A DNA stretch of 64,000 nt. It comes from Ramazzottius varieornatus. Lineage: Eukaryota > Animalia > Tardigrada. The first letter of the stretch is position 1; each line of letters starts with the position of its first letter. The DNA lies in NCBI GenBank assembly GCA_001949185.1, contig BDGG01000015.1, positions 67,036 through 131,035 of the forward strand. Direction: 5' to 3'. The notes under the pieces were generated by a model. That model was given only the letters and a program-made list of their open reading frames with translations. It had not been told where the DNA came from and made no database searches. Positions 60,561-64,000 of the stretch are shown here, one piece after another. Both the position numbers and the translations under genes were made by a program.

Positions 60561-61913
60561 TGGCATAATTAAATGCTAGGCTAAAAACGTTGATGTTCCT
60601 AAGAGCGTTCAGTTCTAAATGCAAATAATCCGATGCGACCCGGGACCATGCAGGTCTTCGGTGACCACTTCGGAGACCTCCGGAGAAGCCAGGATGGTCA
60701 CCGGCACCTGGAGACCATGCAAGTTCCCGGTGACCATCCCGTCACCCGGTTGTTAATTAGTTATTGCAAGGTATGATTTGCTCCTGTTAATCAACCTAAC
60801 CTGCTGTTCATCGGTAACGACAGCGTCGACTATTCCTTCGGCAGCTTCTTGTTCGGCCCTTATTTGGCGTTCCAGGTCTTCGTTGTAGATATGGTCATAC
60901 GAGTCCTCCATTGTTATTCCATTTCCGTCCTCCATGTCGTACATGGTTATAGTTTGGTTGAGATGCTCACTGGCCGCCAATGGGCCATCATCGGCATGAA
61001 AGTGTCCGTGGAGAACTCCACATCGAGAAAAGCTGGAGCGCAAAGCGGTGTTGTAATTAGTGGTCCACTCGGATCTTGGTCGTCTTCATCCTTTGCGAAC
61101 ATCAGACTATTCCACATACCGTCGTAAAATAACACCGAATTCCCTAATTGATATTTTGCAACTCGAGTACAAAGAGGCGAATAAAATGCTCAGGAAACCT
61201 TTGTGACAAGCAACCGTTCGTATAGGCCAGTATCACCGTCCGACTCATCTTCATCTTCTTCCCCTCCAGTATATGCTTGCGGTGCTACAGCCACATTAAT
61301 GCTTCCACAGAGCATGCCGGTCGGGTTGATCTGGACGCTTGGTAGTGCTTTTTTGGAGAACTTGAGATGCGCAGGTAGCCGATCCGTCTTTGGATTCCCA
61401 GTAATCTCGCCACAGTATTTACATTCATGAGGATAAGGTTTTTTTTTTGTTTTGAATGGTTTGCTTGTGAAAGTGAGTCAATAAATTATTATCCACAATT
61501 TTGTCGTCACGTAAAATCTGAAACCGCGGTACATCCTTTTTGGGAATTTGCGTGGTCTAATTTTGTGTTTCCTCGTATCGAACTTTCCTGCTTGGAACTT
61601 CAATCTTTCTAACCATCTGTACCCGTGTGCTAAACATGCTCGTTTCAATTATCTACTTTGCGGGCTGATAGATAACAGCATGAGGCATTAAGACACCAAC
61701 GAAGGAAGATCTGTTACACAAGCGCTCAGTTCCAGAGGGGTTGACCACCGTTTAGTGACCGATAAAAGATAAACCCAGCGTTGCACCTTCCACTGACAGA
61801 CTTGTGAGTTTTGCCTTGCGAACTTTAGTCTGTTCAATTTCTTCTGGCTGATCTTTATCGTCTGCACGATACTCTTGCCATAAAAGCCTATCTTTCTTTT
61901 CCATTATTTTCAG

Positions 61914-62355
61914 CCTACAAGTCGCAAATTATTCAAAGCCGCGTTTGTTTGCTTCTTCATGCTCACTGCTCCCACGGACGCCATTCTGGGACCACTCCTC
62001 GGCACTGTCCAAGAACTACTTCCAGCTGTGTTGCCCTATGTCGCGCCCTTTGTCAAGGAAATTCGAGACGTGAGTAATGGTCCTTGACTTATAATTAGTA
62101 GTTTTCCTCGCGTGAACCATTGACTGAATTTTTTGGACTGCTTCTTTATATGGATACATTTGTAGGTTGTGAATAACTACCACGTGACCAAGCAAATCTC
62201 CCCCGAACAGGCCGATGTCCAAAATTGTCGAGTACGCGAAGGACTTTTACGAAGCCATGGACCAGAAGTGCCACAAGGAGAAGGTTCCAATGGAAGGAGA
62301 TCCAGTACCTCAAAACTGCTGTCAGCGTTGTGGTCGTTCTGATGTTGATCGAAGG
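61914..62355 (+). pseudogene. Possible small secreted-protein gene fragment
   Basis: Exon 61914-62069 has canonical flanks and a signal-peptide-like KLFKAAFVCFFMLTAPTDA. The next exon from 62166 appears frameshifted, and I found no upstream ATG. Confidence 0.25.
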
Positions 62356-63179
62356 TACGTGCCTGCCTTATGCGTTCTGCAATTACGTGTACAATTCTTA
62401 TCGCTTTTGCTATAATAATCATGGTGGCACTCTTGCAGGCATCTGCTTCGTCTTGTTCCTCAATAAGGATCGTCTCAATCACCGGGAGTGATGGGCGCTC
62501 TGCGTGCTCAGCCGAATACCGCCTAACCTTTGTTCAAGCAGTATACACGTTCAAGCCGTATTTTCTACAGTACTCTGTCTGTCTCTGTTCAGCTTTACTT
62601 ACTCTGCTTTGTCTCATGTACACTTCTTTGTTGGCTAACTCACAGTACAGACGGGTTGAATGTTCATCAACTGCGCTGCTTATGGCATTGAATGTGAACA
62701 GCCATGAATACTTGAGACGCAGCAGTTCTTAATTAATAAAAATCAAAAATCTCCACATTTGCATAATTTTAGGGAAAAAACAGTGTCATTCAAGGGTTTT
62801 TTTCCTCCTCCCACGGGCGACGAAATTTCAATGTTTCTTTGCCGGCTTCTTTGCGTGCGGCCTTTTGCGGCATTTTAGAGTTCGATGCAGCTTTTTTCTG
62901 TACAAGATAGGCTAAGAAGAGCACCTTTCGGAATTTTCGCATTTATGGGTACTTGACAGTACCCAATTGCAGTATGAACGGCCTGCCATTGCCCGTTATT
63001 AGTGTAATCTCGTATTTAGCGGCGCACCTGTCCACTGCTGTCTACGAAAGGTGGTATAGGCTCAGACGAGCGGTGGTGAAAAGTTGGCCTCAGTAAACCA
63101 CGGTGGTGAAAGGTGGTGTGTGGAGGCAGCGGTGTTTTTGGGGGGTGGACGTACGCCTTCCATTTATTTTAGTTTAGAA

Positions 63180-64000
63180 ATGGAGAAGGACCAAAGATCC
63201 ATAAGAGCTCGATGCTTGCAAAGACTCGCTGCAAGAAGCTGATTCACGCTGACAGGTACCGCAAATTCCGCATCGTCGCTGGCTCGTCCAGAAGAAATCA
63301 AAGAGAAGTTCGAGAGCACGTGAAGAACACTGTCTCCAGTCCTATCTCTCCCATCGCGATCCCAGGTAGCGTCGACAGCTATCTAGTCCACCCTCAAGAT
63401 AAAGCAGACCACATCAGCGACGTCTTCGCCAAAGAGTACGTCGAATGTCCAGTCCACTGCAAAGAAAGCCAAACTCCATCTGCGTGCCGTCTAACTTCAC
63501 CTTCCATAATCCACTGCCCTGCACTCCACATTTCCACTTCCACCATTGTGAGCAACATTCGAAAGCTAGACGCCAACAAAGCAGCCCGATTCTTCCTCAT
63601 TACGGATCGGCTTCTCAAGATCGCGGGCACGTCCATCATCTACCCGTTGTCAAGACTCAACATGATACTCTAGTCAGGAAAGTTTCCAACAACCTGGAAG
63701 ATGGCAGACGTCGTCGCCGTGCCAAGGAAAGGAGGCTCCGCTTTTCGTCCGATCTCGCTCCTCCTACCACTATCCAAACTCTTCGAAAAGATTCTCTCCG
63801 AGCATTCTCAGCAGCTTCCTCAGTTCCAACAAGTTACTCTCTGATTCTCAGTATAGTTGTAGGCGCCAGCGGTCGACGGAGATGCAGCTCTTTCAGATGT
63901 CACACCACTTCGCTCAAGTTCTTCTGGAGAGAAAAGCTGACGTCATTTTTCTGGACTGCACCAAAGCCTTCAATCGGCTACCGCATGACGTCATCGTCAA
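63180..64000 (+). mobile_element. Degenerate non-LTR retrotransposon (LINE, CR1/L2/Jockey-group) reverse transcriptase, truncated by the window edge
   Basis: IRKLDANKA..I..RLLK, SGKFPTTWKMADVVAVPRKG, FRPISLL.PLSKLFEKIL, RQRST and DVIFLDCTKAFN.LPH, with stops and frameshifts. Confidence 0.88.

Overview
Eukaryotic genomic DNA from an invertebrate animal, with GT-AG introns, many about 55-250 nt. A tardigrade-like compact genome is my guess and is not demonstrated. Manual splice and phase reconstruction gives five genes: (1) an EFA6/PSD Sec7-PH Arf6 GEF (-), (2) an outspread/MPRIP-like PH + coiled-coil protein (-), (3) an SH3BGR-family protein with a ~420-aa acidic repeat tail (+), (4) a TFIIB-like protein reduced to its cyclin-fold core (+), and (5) a gene of at least 30 kb and 27 exons (-) for a ~2400+ aa single-pass membrane protein. 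Gene 5 has divergent C-type-lectin-like domains, tandem 6-Cys modules on symmetric phase-1 exons, Thr-rich mucin stalks, and EGF and SEA domains. Its introns and upstream region are packed with transposons: a Tc4/Tc5-like element with a TAA duplication in a CTNAG site, an apparently intact intron-containing DD35D pogo/Tc2 element, hAT and Tc1/mariner-type MITEs, a foldback element, a decayed Sola-like transposase and a LINE RT remnant at the window edge. There is a 161-N assembly gap at 16419-16579. I recognised no tRNA, rRNA or CRISPR array. All family assignments come from motif recognition, not database searches.
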